Counted from the stretch's first letter, positions 17,997-27,216 are shown. The stretch: DNA of 32,000 bases from Candidatus Heimdallarchaeota archaeon (GCA_030668875.1 DAOVER010000021.1:1-32000), one strand, 5' to 3'. The notes: generated by a model not told the origin, from the letters alone. Translations and numbers: made by a program.

Positions 17997-19604
17997 TTAC
18001 CACCCTATTACTATTCCATCCGCTCTAGGACTTGTCCCACCACAAAGAACACCATTCTTGGGATTTCTATTTATTATTTGACCCCGACCAAATATCATTC
18101 TTGCATATCCTGTAGTGGGTACGACTGCGTGTCCCATCTGACTTAATCTGTTCATGACTCCAATATCAATCCCTTCTTCTATTGCTACATCTCCATTACT
18201 AGTTCCATCTCTTATAGTAAATCTAGGTGCGTCAAGAGCTTGTTGAGGATTCATTCCAAAATCAATCATATTTACCATGACTTGTGCATGACCTTGAGGT
18301 TGATTGAATCCTCCCATCACACCAAAGCTGGAATAGAGCTCACCATCCTTTGTGGCCATTCCAGGTATGATTGTATGGTAGGGTCTTTTATTTGGAGCTA
18401 ATGCGTTTGGATGATCACGCTGAAGTGAGAAACCAGCCCCCCTATTTTGAAGAGTGAAACCACAACCTTTCGGAATAAGACCTGTTCCAAAACCATTGTA
18501 ATTGGAATTAATAAAACTACATGCATTCCCTTCTCCATCCACAACAGAAAAATAAACTGTATCGGAACTTGAAACTGGAGCCCCTTTTTCAACATCGATT
18601 ATTGCTTTGGTTGGATCAATTAACTCTCTTCTTAAATTGGCGTATTGTTTTGATAATAATTCTTGAATGGGAACCTGAACAACATCAGGATCAGCGACAT
18701 ACCATCTAGTATCTGCAAATGCAATACGCATCGATTCAATCATTGTATGTAAATGTACAGCAGATGAATGCTTCATGTCACTAATATCAAACCCTTCGAG
18801 CACGTTAAGTGCCATTAGAGCAGTAATTCCCTGACCATTTGGTGGTATTTCATAGACGTCAACTCCTCGATAGTTGATGGAAATAGGGTCATCGAAAGTA
18901 TTTTTGTGATTTTTCAAATCATCTAAGGTCATATAACCTTCAAATGATTTGATTAATTCTATAATAGCATCTGCAATTCGTCCTTCATAGAAACCACTTC
19001 TTCCATGTTCTGCTAGATTGCGGAAAGTATTGGCTAACGTTGGATTTTTCATAATCTCTCCCTCTTTAGGTGCTTCTCCATCAAGTAGCATTTCATCAGC
19101 GTTTGGACCTATTCGCAATTGCTTAACACCTCTTTGCCAAGATCTTGCAGTAATTGGAGCAACAGGAAATCCCTTCTCTGCTAATTCTATAACTGGAGAT
19201 AATATTTCCTTCAAGGACATACTGCCGAATCTCTTAACAGTATCTACCCAACCTGCTGCAGCACCGGGAACAGTAATTGTGTGAACATTGAGCTGTGGGA
19301 GACTATCTCGTATGTTGAGATTGTTGAGTTTTTCTATGTTCAAATCTGCTGGAGCTCTTCCACTTGCATTTAAACCGAATACTTTCTTCTTCTGATTATC
19401 ATAAAACAAACAAAAACAATCGCCACCTATTCCTGTTGAAGTTGGTTCTGTAAGATTCAACGTTGCAGCTACAGCAACAGCAGCATCGGCAGCGTTTCCT
19501 CCTTGTCGTAAAATTCGTAATCCTATCTCAGAAGCAAGAGGTTGACTTGAAGCAACCATACCGTTTCTCGAATAAACTGGAGATCTATAAGAATTGAAGA
19601 GCAT
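17997..19604 (-). CDS. ggt: Gamma-glutamyltransferase / glutathione hydrolase family (Ntn hydrolase)
   Basis: GGNAADAAVA, TGIGGD, VPGAAAGW, PPNGQG, catalytic Thr in SDTVYFSVVD, LQNRGAGF, KRPYHTIIPG, GVMGG..QPQG. Confidence 0.95.
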   Translation of the reverse strand: MLFNSYRSPVYSRNGMVASSQPLASEIGLRILRQGGNAADAAVAVAATLNLTEPTSTGIGGDCFCLFYDNQKKKVFGLNASGRAPADLNIEKLNNLNIRDSLPQLNVHTITVPGAAAGWVDTVKRFGSMSLKEILSPVIELAEKGFPVAPITARSWQRGVKQLRIGPNADEMLLDGEAPKEGEIMKNPTLANTFRNLAEHGRSGFYEGRIADAIIELIKSFEGYMTLDDLKNHKNTFDDPISINYRGVDVYEIPPNGQGITALMALNVLEGFDISDMKHSSAVHLHTMIESMRIAFADTRWYVADPDVVQVPIQELLSKQYANLRRELIDPTKAIIDVEKGAPVSSSDTVYFSVVDGEGNACSFINSNYNGFGTGLIPKGCGFTLQNRGAGFSLQRDHPNALAPNKRPYHTIIPGMATKDGELYSSFGVMGGFNQPQGHAQVMVNMIDFGMNPQQALDAPRFTIRDGTSNGDVAIEEGIDIGVMNRLSQMGHAVVPTTGYARMIFGRGQIINRNPKNGVLCGGTSPRADGIVIGW

Positions 19605-19659
19605 AATTGTGCTAAAATTAGGTTAAAAATAAGTCTGTCGGTTTTATGTTTAATCTCGT

Positions 19660-20328
19660 CTATGGTTTCTTGTAAATCCTATAACCACAATATGAGCAAT
19701 ACTCTTCTACATCAACCACCTTCTTTTTACAATTGGGACAAGACCATCCTTCAGTTTCCAAAGTTTGTTCACTTTGTAGTCTTTTAGCTTTGGAGATTGA
19801 ACTAGTTGAAGATTCCTCTTTAGATTGCCATCTCTTTCTTAGTAAGATAACAGTTAAAACCGTAATACCAAATGTAAAAATAACTCCAAAGACGATTAAT
19901 GTGATAATTGTTGGAGTACCTTCAAATGATCCAGATTCTATAGGTGAATCTTGTACAATTATTTCAACATCAACTGAATTAGAATTATCTCTATTATCTA
20001 GAATAATGTAGAAGTCTTTACCATATGTTACAGAAAAAGCAATTGAGTCTTGTTCTGTATTTAACCGTTCAATAACAGATTCTGAGCCAAATCCGTCGCT
20101 CCAATTTATGTAATTGTAATAATCAAATACGCGTAATGAAATATCAGAGCCATCTAAAACTTGAAAGAAAATATAAACAGAAGACTCAGAAGCAGCTGTT
20201 ACAATCCAACCATTTGAATCATAAGCACTTACGGATCTTGTTTCATTGACCCAAGTAATTCCATGGACTGATTGAGAAGTAAGAACTGCAAGAACCACTA
20301 TTACAAATATGATCGATTTTCTTCTCAT
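19660..20328 (-). CDS. Type I membrane protein: signal peptide, extracellular beta-domain (GOLD/p24-like?), TM helix, cytoplasmic zinc ribbon
   Basis: Signal MRRKSIIFVIVVLAVLTSQSVHG; beta-rich domain with FQVLDGSDISLRVFD and FYIILDN; TM IITLIVFGVIFTFGITVLTVILL followed by RKR; CPNC..CSYC. Confidence 0.65.
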   Translation of the reverse strand: MRRKSIIFVIVVLAVLTSQSVHGITWVNETRSVSAYDSNGWIVTAASESSVYIFFQVLDGSDISLRVFDYYNYINWSDGFGSESVIERLNTEQDSIAFSVTYGKDFYIILDNRDNSNSVDVEIIVQDSPIESGSFEGTPTIITLIVFGVIFTFGITVLTVILLRKRWQSKEESSTSSISKAKRLQSEQTLETEGWSCPNCKKKVVDVEEYCSYCGYRIYKKP

Positions 20329-20420
20329 CTTATGCCCCTGATAGTTATTCTTTGTTTCTAAACAATTGTTGTTCCTTTCTTAAATATGTTTTCAAATACT
20401 TGGTGTAGCGTTATATGTGA

Positions 20421-20701
20421 ATGATGGCGGTTCTAATAAGTGATGTAGTTAGCAATTTTTCAATTTATTCAGTAATCATAGCCGTACTCTTTATTCTCTG
20501 TTTTAGTTATCATATCTATTGCATAAAGAGAAAGAGCTGATAGAAAGATTTGGAGATGGTTTTAAGGAGTATAGAAAGAAAGTACTCGCTCTTATTATAC
20601 ATCCAAGAAATCGGAGAAAATTCTTTAAACTTCTAATTGTAAAGAGATTTAATAGCTGCCTTTATTTCCTAATCTCTCGATTTTTTCACGAATCTACATG
20701 A
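20421..20701 (+). pseudogene. Frameshifted C-terminal remnant of an isoprenylcysteine carboxyl methyltransferase / PEMT-family membrane methyltransferase
   Basis: A hydrophobic ORF (20421-20540, MMAVL...IIAVLFILCFSYH) shifts into a frame reading KEKELIERFGDGFKEYRKKV, which resembles the family EE..L..FG..Y..Y...V signature. No N-terminal part is present. Confidence 0.5.
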
Positions 20702-20845
20702 AACTGCAATTTTTTAAAGAGAAACTAAATCTTCAATTCTTGATGCCCATTCACATTTCAGCGACTATTCTAATAAGGAGACCCATACTAGAAGTTCTGT
20801 TCCAATAAGGTAGTATGATTTTCTATATTGTATTTATCTCTTGAA

Positions 20846-21094
20846 TTAATTACAATATAAGAAGACAATCCTATATAATACTAAAATAAGTTGATCTAAT
20901 CTTGTCCAATTTAATTCTGTTATCCCCTCATCCAGTATACGTGTAATTTCATGAACTTCAGAACGAATATCTACGCCTTTAATTTCAATCTGCCCCAATA
21001 GAATGTGCAGCATGTTTCTAGCTGTACAATTGTCTTTGCTCTTACATTCTTTGATTTTTTGTAGTTCATCAAATAAATTCCCTAAAATAGTCAA
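20846..21094 (-). CDS. Small hypothetical helical protein, possibly 5'-frameshifted; divergent from the TetR gene
   Basis: 82-aa ORF with a non-ATG start. An upstream ATG preceded by AGGGG (about 21175) opens a different frame. Confidence 0.4.
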   Translation of the reverse strand: MTILGNLFDELQKIKECKSKDNCTARNMLHILLGQIEIKGVDIRSEVHEITRILDEGITELNWTRLDQLILVLYRIVFLYCN

Positions 21095-21190
21095 TTCCGT
21101 TTCTAGATTTTTGGGAAAATTTGTTAATATCAGTCTTTTTTATTGGTTTCTCCAATCTTTTTTTAACCATCAGCATTGATGTCCCCTAAC

Positions 21191-21253
21191 TGAACGCTGT
21201 TTATTTATCTTTTCTTGAAACCTATATAAATTTTGTTAAATGAACACCGTTTA
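21191..21253. promoter_or_regulatory. Two imperfect palindromic operator-like sites flanking a TATA box upstream of the TetR gene
   Basis: TGAAC-GCT-GTTTA (21191-21203) and TGAAC-ACC-GTTTA (21241-21253) are 50 bp apart, either side of TATATAAA (21223-21230). Confidence 0.65.
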
Positions 21254-21291
21254 TTAATAAGACTTATTTACTCATTTACCCTTTTTCAACC

Positions 21292-21939
21292 ATGAGTTAT
21301 TCTAGATCTCGTTCAAAAGAGGCTAAGCAAAAACAAACTGAATTAATTATTAATGCTGCACGGGAATTGTTCTATGAAGCGGGTGCAGTGGGTTTCAGCA
21401 TGCGAGTTTTAGCTAAACAGTTAGGTATGTCACAGGGAAATCTTTACAACTATTGGACAAGCAAAAGAGATCTTTGGTATAATATACTTGAGCAAGATTT
21501 TCAAGAATTTGAGGATCAAATGCTCAAAATCATAAAAACACATGAAGGATCTTATCTGTCACTTCTTGAGAAATTAGCTGAGTACTATTTCATATTTGCC
21601 AGAGACAATTATCAAAAATATCAAATGATGTTTGTAGCCATTCCACCACCAGCAGAAAAAAAAGGAAGAAAAGAGAGAGATTTTGAACCCAAAACAATCC
21701 ATATTCTAATGAGAATTGTTCAAGATGCGTCTGAAAGCGGAGAGTTAGAGATAGATAACATTCTTCATTTTACACTCTATTTATGGTCTGTTATACATGG
21801 AACTGTCCTGGTTTCCAGAACTATCCTTTTTGATACAAATTCAGATCTTTCAACATTTGGTGATACAGAAAGCTTTCTTACTTATGTTACAACTATACTA
21901 AAAAAACAGCTAGCTACTTATTCAACATTGGACATTTGA
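21292..21939 (+). CDS. TetR/AcrR-family transcriptional regulator
   Basis: IINAARELFYEAGAVGFSMRVLAKQLGMSQGNLYNYWTSKRDL is a TetR HTH; C-terminal LWSVIHG. Confidence 0.93.
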   Translation: MSYSRSRSKEAKQKQTELIINAARELFYEAGAVGFSMRVLAKQLGMSQGNLYNYWTSKRDLWYNILEQDFQEFEDQMLKIIKTHEGSYLSLLEKLAEYYFIFARDNYQKYQMMFVAIPPPAEKKGRKERDFEPKTIHILMRIVQDASESGELEIDNILHFTLYLWSVIHGTVLVSRTILFDTNSDLSTFGDTESFLTYVTTILKKQLATYSTLDI

Positions 21940-22631
21940 GAATCTTTCTAAACAAACAAAGATCCTTGATTTTAGGTTCAGGTTCTTTCAGTATTGTTGT
22001 TATTCTATTAAGTAACGCTATAGTTTTTGAAACCATGCTTCAAACCTTGCTAATTTTTTGATAAATCTGTATATATCGAATAAGATGACAATTTTCCATT
22101 CTTGAAAATAATCCATTCCAATAATTGGAAGGGATTCTATATAAGTGTGTGAGCTGGGTGTAAAACATGAGGTTAAGGAAGGAATACAAAGATTAGTCCG
22201 TCCATTGATCTTGCAGGAATTTATTCTAACCTTCCAAAACCTCACCATTCATCTTTACTTTTTATTTTCCATCTGGTCATTTATTGATCACTTTTTCTCG
22301 CCATGTTAAAATCAAGTGACCAGTTATATTGTATATTGGTGACAAACATGAATGAAAGAAAACATCAAACAAGAACAGAACAAGCAGAGAAATTATTTAG
22401 AAATAACGAAGCAAAAAAGAAGAAGATAGATTATGAATATTTCAATGGACAAATAATCTTCATTTAGAACTCTTCTTCTCAAACTTCTAAATATTTTCAA
22501 CAGATATTTCCTAAGAAACATTATTAAATCTCCTGTTGTAAGTATTCTATTAATATTACATAGAATTAATAAATAAATTCAGAAAGTTTCCATGGTAAGA
22601 GATAAGTTACCTATTAAGAGAAGGCGATAAA

Positions 22632-22811
22632 ATGAGCTACATTGAGAAAGATGATTTAATCTCGCGTTTGAAGGATAGCAACAATCCTAAGAAAGAGATT
22701 GATATGGAAGCTGTAGATTTTGTTCTTTTAAAGCTAAATGAGCTAAGATACGAAATTAGCTTGAAATTCTATGAAAAGAAGATAAATGATTCCAAGAAAA
22801 GTGGATCTTAA
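22632..22811 (+). CDS. Small hypothetical protein (59 aa), below the ORF-track cutoff
   Basis: MSYIEKDDLISRLKDSNNPKKEIDMEAVDFVLLKLNELRYEISLKFYEKKINDSKKSGS*; ATG preceded by AAGGCG. Confidence 0.4.
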   Translation: MSYIEKDDLISRLKDSNNPKKEIDMEAVDFVLLKLNELRYEISLKFYEKKINDSKKSGS

Positions 22812-22891
22812 AGTATATCCAGGACAATTCTCTAAATGAGTAACAATTAAGACTTAAATAAGACTGTTTTTCAATTCTAGCTATGACTTCA

Positions 22892-23311
22892 TTACTTGAT
22901 GAGATAAAATATCTCTCTACTTGTTGTCCATTCCATGCCAGTCAGACCCTTAATCGAGTCACTAAATTCGGCTCTAGCTATCTGTCTTATTTCTTCTATA
23001 CCTTCAAAGGTATTATGATCAGTTAAAACCATCGCATTGAATCCCATGGATATGTGCCAAAGCAGATTTTGTCTAGGAGATAGATCACCATCAGAGTAAT
23101 ATGTATGAGAGTGTGGGTCTAGAAGAACATTCCATTCAGAGTGATTGTATTCTGGAACATAACTGAAACCTTCCCAATCAGAATCAGTATAATTATAGTG
23201 AGAAACAGGATCATAAATCAAAGGTATAGAGACACCAATCAGAGACCAGATGACTAAAGTGAAGATAAGAAAGTTAACAAAGAATTTCATGAGTCCTTTA
23301 TTTTTTTTCAT
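22892..23311 (-). pseudogene. 3'-truncated membrane-anchored PHP-domain metallohydrolase
   Basis: An N-terminal TM helix is followed by DPHSHTYYSDG, LTDHN and GMEWTT. The ORF stops directly afterwards and lacks the rest of the PHP barrel. Confidence 0.75.
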
Positions 23312-23376
23312 CGGTACGTGTAAAACATAATGAGTTGCTTTAAAATTCTTTTATTGAAGCAGAGGAAAAATTCCTC

Positions 23377-23802
23377 TTAGATCAGTAAATAGTCACTCAT
23401 ATCTAAAAGAACATCAAAATTATTGCATGAGATTATCCAGTCGCCATAATATGTTAGAACAATAGGTAAGCTAATCATCCCAGAATAGAAAGCTGGGAGA
23501 AGACAAGGTGTATTTGATGTCATATAAATCGAAATAGTGACTTGCATAGAATTTTCATCGACATTGGTTGTGTATCTATCTACTGAGTCACACGTAGATT
23601 GGGAGGATATGGAAATATTGATTATACAATTAAAAAATCTTTCAGATCCAAATGAATGGCTACCAGAAGTTGTAACTGAATCAATCACAATAGAATTAAC
23701 AGTTGCCCTATTAGGTCCGTAAAAGTATAATGGGATAACAATAGCTGGAACAACTAGACATAATGTAACAATAATGACCATTATTTTGGTTCTCAGTTTC
23801 AT
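23377..23802 (-). CDS. Hypothetical membrane-anchored protein with small beta-rich domain
   Basis: Basic N-terminus plus hydrophobic anchor (IMVIIVTLCLVVPAIVIPLYF), then a Ser/Thr/Cys-containing beta-type region. Confidence 0.6.
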   Translation of the reverse strand: MKLRTKIMVIIVTLCLVVPAIVIPLYFYGPNRATVNSIVIDSVTTSGSHSFGSERFFNCIINISISSQSTCDSVDRYTTNVDENSMQVTISIYMTSNTPCLLPAFYSGMISLPIVLTYYGDWIISCNNFDVLLDMSDYLLI

Positions 23803-23849
23803 AAAGATAAAATGGGAAACTGGCTATAAAAAAGATTTGAAAAGAAAGT

Positions 23850-23976
23850 TGGTAGCGCCTGATGGACTTGAACCATCGATCTTCGGGTTTCCCAATTAAT
23901 TGGTTTATGAGCCCGACGGGTTTTCCACGCTTAGGGACCAGAAGGAATTCCTCCTTCTGATTTACCCCAAGGCGCT
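23850..23976 (-). tRNA. Initiator tRNA-Met (CAU) with two introns (32 nt at 14/15; 17 nt at 37/38) and encoded CCA
   Basis: Acceptor stem AGCGCCU/AGGCGCU (A1:U72); D stem GGGU/ACCC (G11:C24); anticodon stem UCGGG-CUCAUAA-CCCGA (three G:C pairs); T arm GAUGG-UUCAAGU-CCAUC. Removing 23931-23962 and 23889-23905 gives a 78-nt cloverleaf. Confidence 0.93.
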
Positions 23977-24059
23977 CTTTCTACTCCATCTTTACTTCCA
24001 TGTCTTTTAAACCTTTTTTTCTGGCATTTATTATCAAATTAGCCTTTCAAGCATTGTAC

Positions 24060-25403
24060 TTAATTTGTTTCTATCTTTACGGATATCCCTTTTTTAGCTA
24101 AATTTCTGAAGAAAAATCTTTCAACAATTGGATCCTTTATTATTCTGCCAAAATTGATGTTTAGTTTGTCTTTGTAGCTTACCATTGCTGCTCCAACCTT
24201 GTTTACTGCTACTTGAGCTGGAACAAATTCAACATCCTCTATGTGTTCCTCAACTTCTTCAGGTAATTTTACACGCCCAAGGTTTGTTAGAATTCCTGTA
24301 TAGGCTGGTGTACCAATATAGTAGTATCCTCTTTGACCAAAAAATTTTTTCACTGCTAGGGGTGTTAACCTGAGAAACACATTACGTTCAATTGTAGTAT
24401 TTTTGTACATTGTAGAAATGAAAGCCTTGGGATGTACTTCCTTTTTCATGAAGTGATGAACTTGTCGAACAATCTCATCGAAGTTGTATCGACCTAATCT
24501 AGGATCTATCCCAGGCAAAATATAAAGAGAAAAGTTTCTCATTGTTTTTGATGGAAATAAATTACGTAAGTTAACCGGTACCATAATCCTGATAGGTTTG
24601 AGATTCTTCTTTAGTAGGTTAGATGGGAAACTATAAAGTAATTCTTGCAAAGATTCTATATAATTTGAAACGATATATTCCGTGATGCTTATACCATAAC
24701 TCTTTGATTCTTCTAACACTTTTTTTACAGGCATTATCCCTTTAGTTATGTGATAAATCCCTACTTTCTCGCGTCTGAATGGTATGTTGAATGCATTTGA
24801 CACAAACTTTCTTCCAGTTTTTGTTTTTTGACTATATCTCCTATATGCATCCTCATACTCTTCAAATCTAGGTGTTTGATTAGGTCTTAGAATATCCCCC
24901 CATCCTTCAGATTTAATTCCTCTAACGCTCAGATATTCGGCAACTAAGGCTTTCAGAAATATTAATCCACCAGTCCCATCAGTTAGACAATGATGATATT
25001 CGATCGCAATCCTTTTTTTATACGCTTTTACTCTGAAAGGAAATTCCCCCTTCTTAGCTATTGGCATAAAATTATTTGGATATTTTGAATCTGCACATAT
25101 TTTAGGATTATCTAAGTTTGTTTCCCAAAAATGCCAGAAAAAGCCTGTTTTCATGTTTACTCTAAAATATGGGAACCTCACAATTATGTTGTTCAAAGCT
25201 TTTTGAAGTTGTGTTACATTAATTATCTCTTTCATTGTAGATGAAAGACGAAAAACTTGTGGAATTTTTGGTGAGGATATTAAACTGAAACCTGTTGCAG
25301 CATTTTCTAATCTGTGCCATTCATGATCTCCCTCGCTCACGCCCATCAGAAATCTATCATTAACTTTGAACGACTCAGAATATGGGGCATTATTGTTTAC
25401 CAT
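24060..25403 (-). CDS. Condensation-domain / alcohol acetyltransferase-like acyltransferase (HHxxxDG)
   Basis: WHRLENAA, RFPYFRV, EYHHCLTDGTG, PVNLR..FPSKTMRNF, LTNLG. Start moved to the ATG at 25403, which follows GGGAG. Confidence 0.85.
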   Translation of the reverse strand: MVNNNAPYSESFKVNDRFLMGVSEGDHEWHRLENAATGFSLISSPKIPQVFRLSSTMKEIINVTQLQKALNNIIVRFPYFRVNMKTGFFWHFWETNLDNPKICADSKYPNNFMPIAKKGEFPFRVKAYKKRIAIEYHHCLTDGTGGLIFLKALVAEYLSVRGIKSEGWGDILRPNQTPRFEEYEDAYRRYSQKTKTGRKFVSNAFNIPFRREKVGIYHITKGIMPVKKVLEESKSYGISITEYIVSNYIESLQELLYSFPSNLLKKNLKPIRIMVPVNLRNLFPSKTMRNFSLYILPGIDPRLGRYNFDEIVRQVHHFMKKEVHPKAFISTMYKNTTIERNVFLRLTPLAVKKFFGQRGYYYIGTPAYTGILTNLGRVKLPEEVEEHIEDVEFVPAQVAVNKVGAAMVSYKDKLNINFGRIIKDPIVERFFFRNLAKKGISVKIETN

Positions 25404-25420
25404 TTTTCTCCCCTTTTGAT

Positions 25421-26170
25421 TTAGGTTTGCAACCTTTTCCTTATTTCTAAGACTCTTTTGATATCTACAATTCTTGTTAACCGATAATGCAAGTATAACA
25501 GAAACACGCCTAATATTACTAATGGAACGATAACATACAGAGACCAACTTATAGTTACAATACCTTCATCGGTAATATGGAAAACGAAATCTAGACCAAG
25601 ACAAATTAAACTAATACCAAATAAAACAAAGGCACCGATATTTGCCCCCTTATTTTTTACTTTAATTGATATTATAACAACCACACTTGTAACAACAATT
25701 ATTACGCCTATAATTGGCAGGGCTATTTGGTAGTACCAATCTACTGAACCATCTGCAACATCAATTAATACCAAAAACGCAATAATGGAAAGTGTCTCAC
25801 CAATAATTACAAGAGTTGGTTTTTTTAGTAGAAAGAGAGGAACCGTTATTAGTAACCATGCTAGAGCGACACCTATTAACGGATATCTGCTCCATGTTAC
25901 GGTGAACCCTTTTTCTACAATCATATTAATTGCGAGTATGATTAACATTGGAACTATTGCAGCAACACTAACCGCTTCCCAAGCTACTAATTGCTTTTTC
26001 TTACCTGAGATTTTTGGAACTTTCTTTTCTTCTTCTTTTGTCAATTCCGGATATTTTTTCTCCTCAAGAATTTGATTAATATTATCTGATTTTTGAATGT
26101 CTGATTGACACAAGGGACATTTTTCGATAAAAGAATCGACTTCAATATTACAGTTTATACAATATGACAT
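25421..26170 (-). CDS. Zinc-ribbon membrane protein (DUF6320-like), partner of the acyltransferase
   Basis: MSYCINC..KCPLCQ zinc ribbon followed by about 6 TM helices; ends 17 nt upstream of the acyltransferase start. Confidence 0.7.
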   Translation of the reverse strand: MSYCINCNIEVDSFIEKCPLCQSDIQKSDNINQILEEKKYPELTKEEEKKVPKISGKKKQLVAWEAVSVAAIVPMLIILAINMIVEKGFTVTWSRYPLIGVALAWLLITVPLFLLKKPTLVIIGETLSIIAFLVLIDVADGSVDWYYQIALPIIGVIIVVTSVVVIISIKVKNKGANIGAFVLFGISLICLGLDFVFHITDEGIVTISWSLYVIVPLVILGVFLLYLHYRLTRIVDIKRVLEIRKRLQT

Positions 26171-26406
26171 TTGTCTCACATGGCTAAGCAATCTTCTTAT
26201 TCTCTTGTTTATTTAGTTTTCCTAGAAACGAACAAAGCCAAGGAAATTTCTGTTCAACTCCTTTTTAAGTTTATTTTATTTGCAAAGCAACTTATTTCAA
26301 TTAAGTACTCTTAAAATACAATCTCCTTATCTCTTTTTTCCATATTTTATGACCATAGATGTTTTAACGAAACATTCATAACTTTTCAAGCTATTCGTGC
26401 TATTGA

Positions 26407-27216
26407 ATGTCACATTTTACTGATAAATCCAAATTCATGGATAAGGAACACATAAGGTTGTCCTCCATTCTTATACTTCTCATAGTGGATGCTTTAGTTT
26501 ATTTTGTACCTTATCGTAATGATGTCCTAATAGGGGATTTATTTGGCATTTCCCTCTGGTTCTACTTTGGTATTCTTAATTGGATTTTACTTCTTCTTGT
26601 GTACATTCTTTTCAGAGGAGAAGTGGAGCTTGACTTCTCCACAAACGAGGTAATATTTAGAGATTTCAAGAAACTTAAGAAATGGTCATTCGATAAAGTT
26701 TTGGGAATTTATCTTCTTGCATACGATGGGGAGTATATCCTCCGAATTAGACCCAAAAGATTGTTAACTCTTGACCTCAGAGTAAACTTTGACAATGCAT
26801 ACAATCTAGTGAATAAGTTCAATGAACTAGGCTTTGAGTTCAAAACTGTACGTGACGATAAACACAAACCTCTTTCTTACACCTTCCCAATACTTCTCTC
26901 GAAATATGATCGAAAACCAAGCGGATATAATCCTGAAATTCCTAATTGGAATAGGGGGGTCACTTTAAGAACAAAACTGCTTTCTATTACATTATCTCCC
27001 TTACTCTATATAATAAGTGCAACCTTAATTTTTAGAATTCCTCATTTATTAGATGGACTATCAGGAACAAAGGGAATTGTTTCGTTCATTTATGGCTTTA
27101 CAGCTTTTCTGTTATTTGATGGAGGGTTGTATCTTCTATTTGGAATCTCACTTCTAGCTCTTTTACTTAAGCAGATAACCCGTTTCAAATCTCATTCCCA
27201 TTCAAGTGATAATTGA
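26407..27216 (+). CDS. Hypothetical membrane protein
   Basis: Two N-terminal and two C-terminal hydrophobic helices flank a soluble beta-rich segment. Confidence 0.65.
   Translation: MSHFTDKSKFMDKEHIRLSSILILLIVDALVYFVPYRNDVLIGDLFGISLWFYFGILNWILLLLVYILFRGEVELDFSTNEVIFRDFKKLKKWSFDKVLGIYLLAYDGEYILRIRPKRLLTLDLRVNFDNAYNLVNKFNELGFEFKTVRDDKHKPLSYTFPILLSKYDRKPSGYNPEIPNWNRGVTLRTKLLSITLSPLLYIISATLIFRIPHLLDGLSGTKGIVSFIYGFTAFLLFDGGLYLLFGISLLALLLKQITRFKSHSHSSDN

Noticed and set aside
1358-19284. Numerous 60-106 aa ORFs opposite or out of frame within long genes (e.g. 1358, 2255, 3125, 3862, 4681, 5101, 7606, 9305, 11921-13375, 14083, 14618, 16533-17924, 18398-19284)
   Set aside because: All overlap stronger motif-bearing CDSs, and their composition is typical of shadow ORFs.
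20401-20412. TGGTGTAGCG as a possible att duplicate of the tRNA 3' end (TGGTAGCG)
   Set aside because: Too short and gapped; expected by chance.
22018-22248. 76-aa minus-strand ORF, and possible Sec/Pyl read-through in the stop-interrupted frames nearby
   Set aside because: No recognisable family, mixed TAA/TAG/TGA stops and no SECIS-like hairpin; treated as decayed sequence.
23850-23976. Elongator tRNA-Met or tRNA-Ile2(CAU) identity
   Set aside because: A1:U72, G11:C24 and three consecutive G:C anticodon-stem pairs indicate the initiator.
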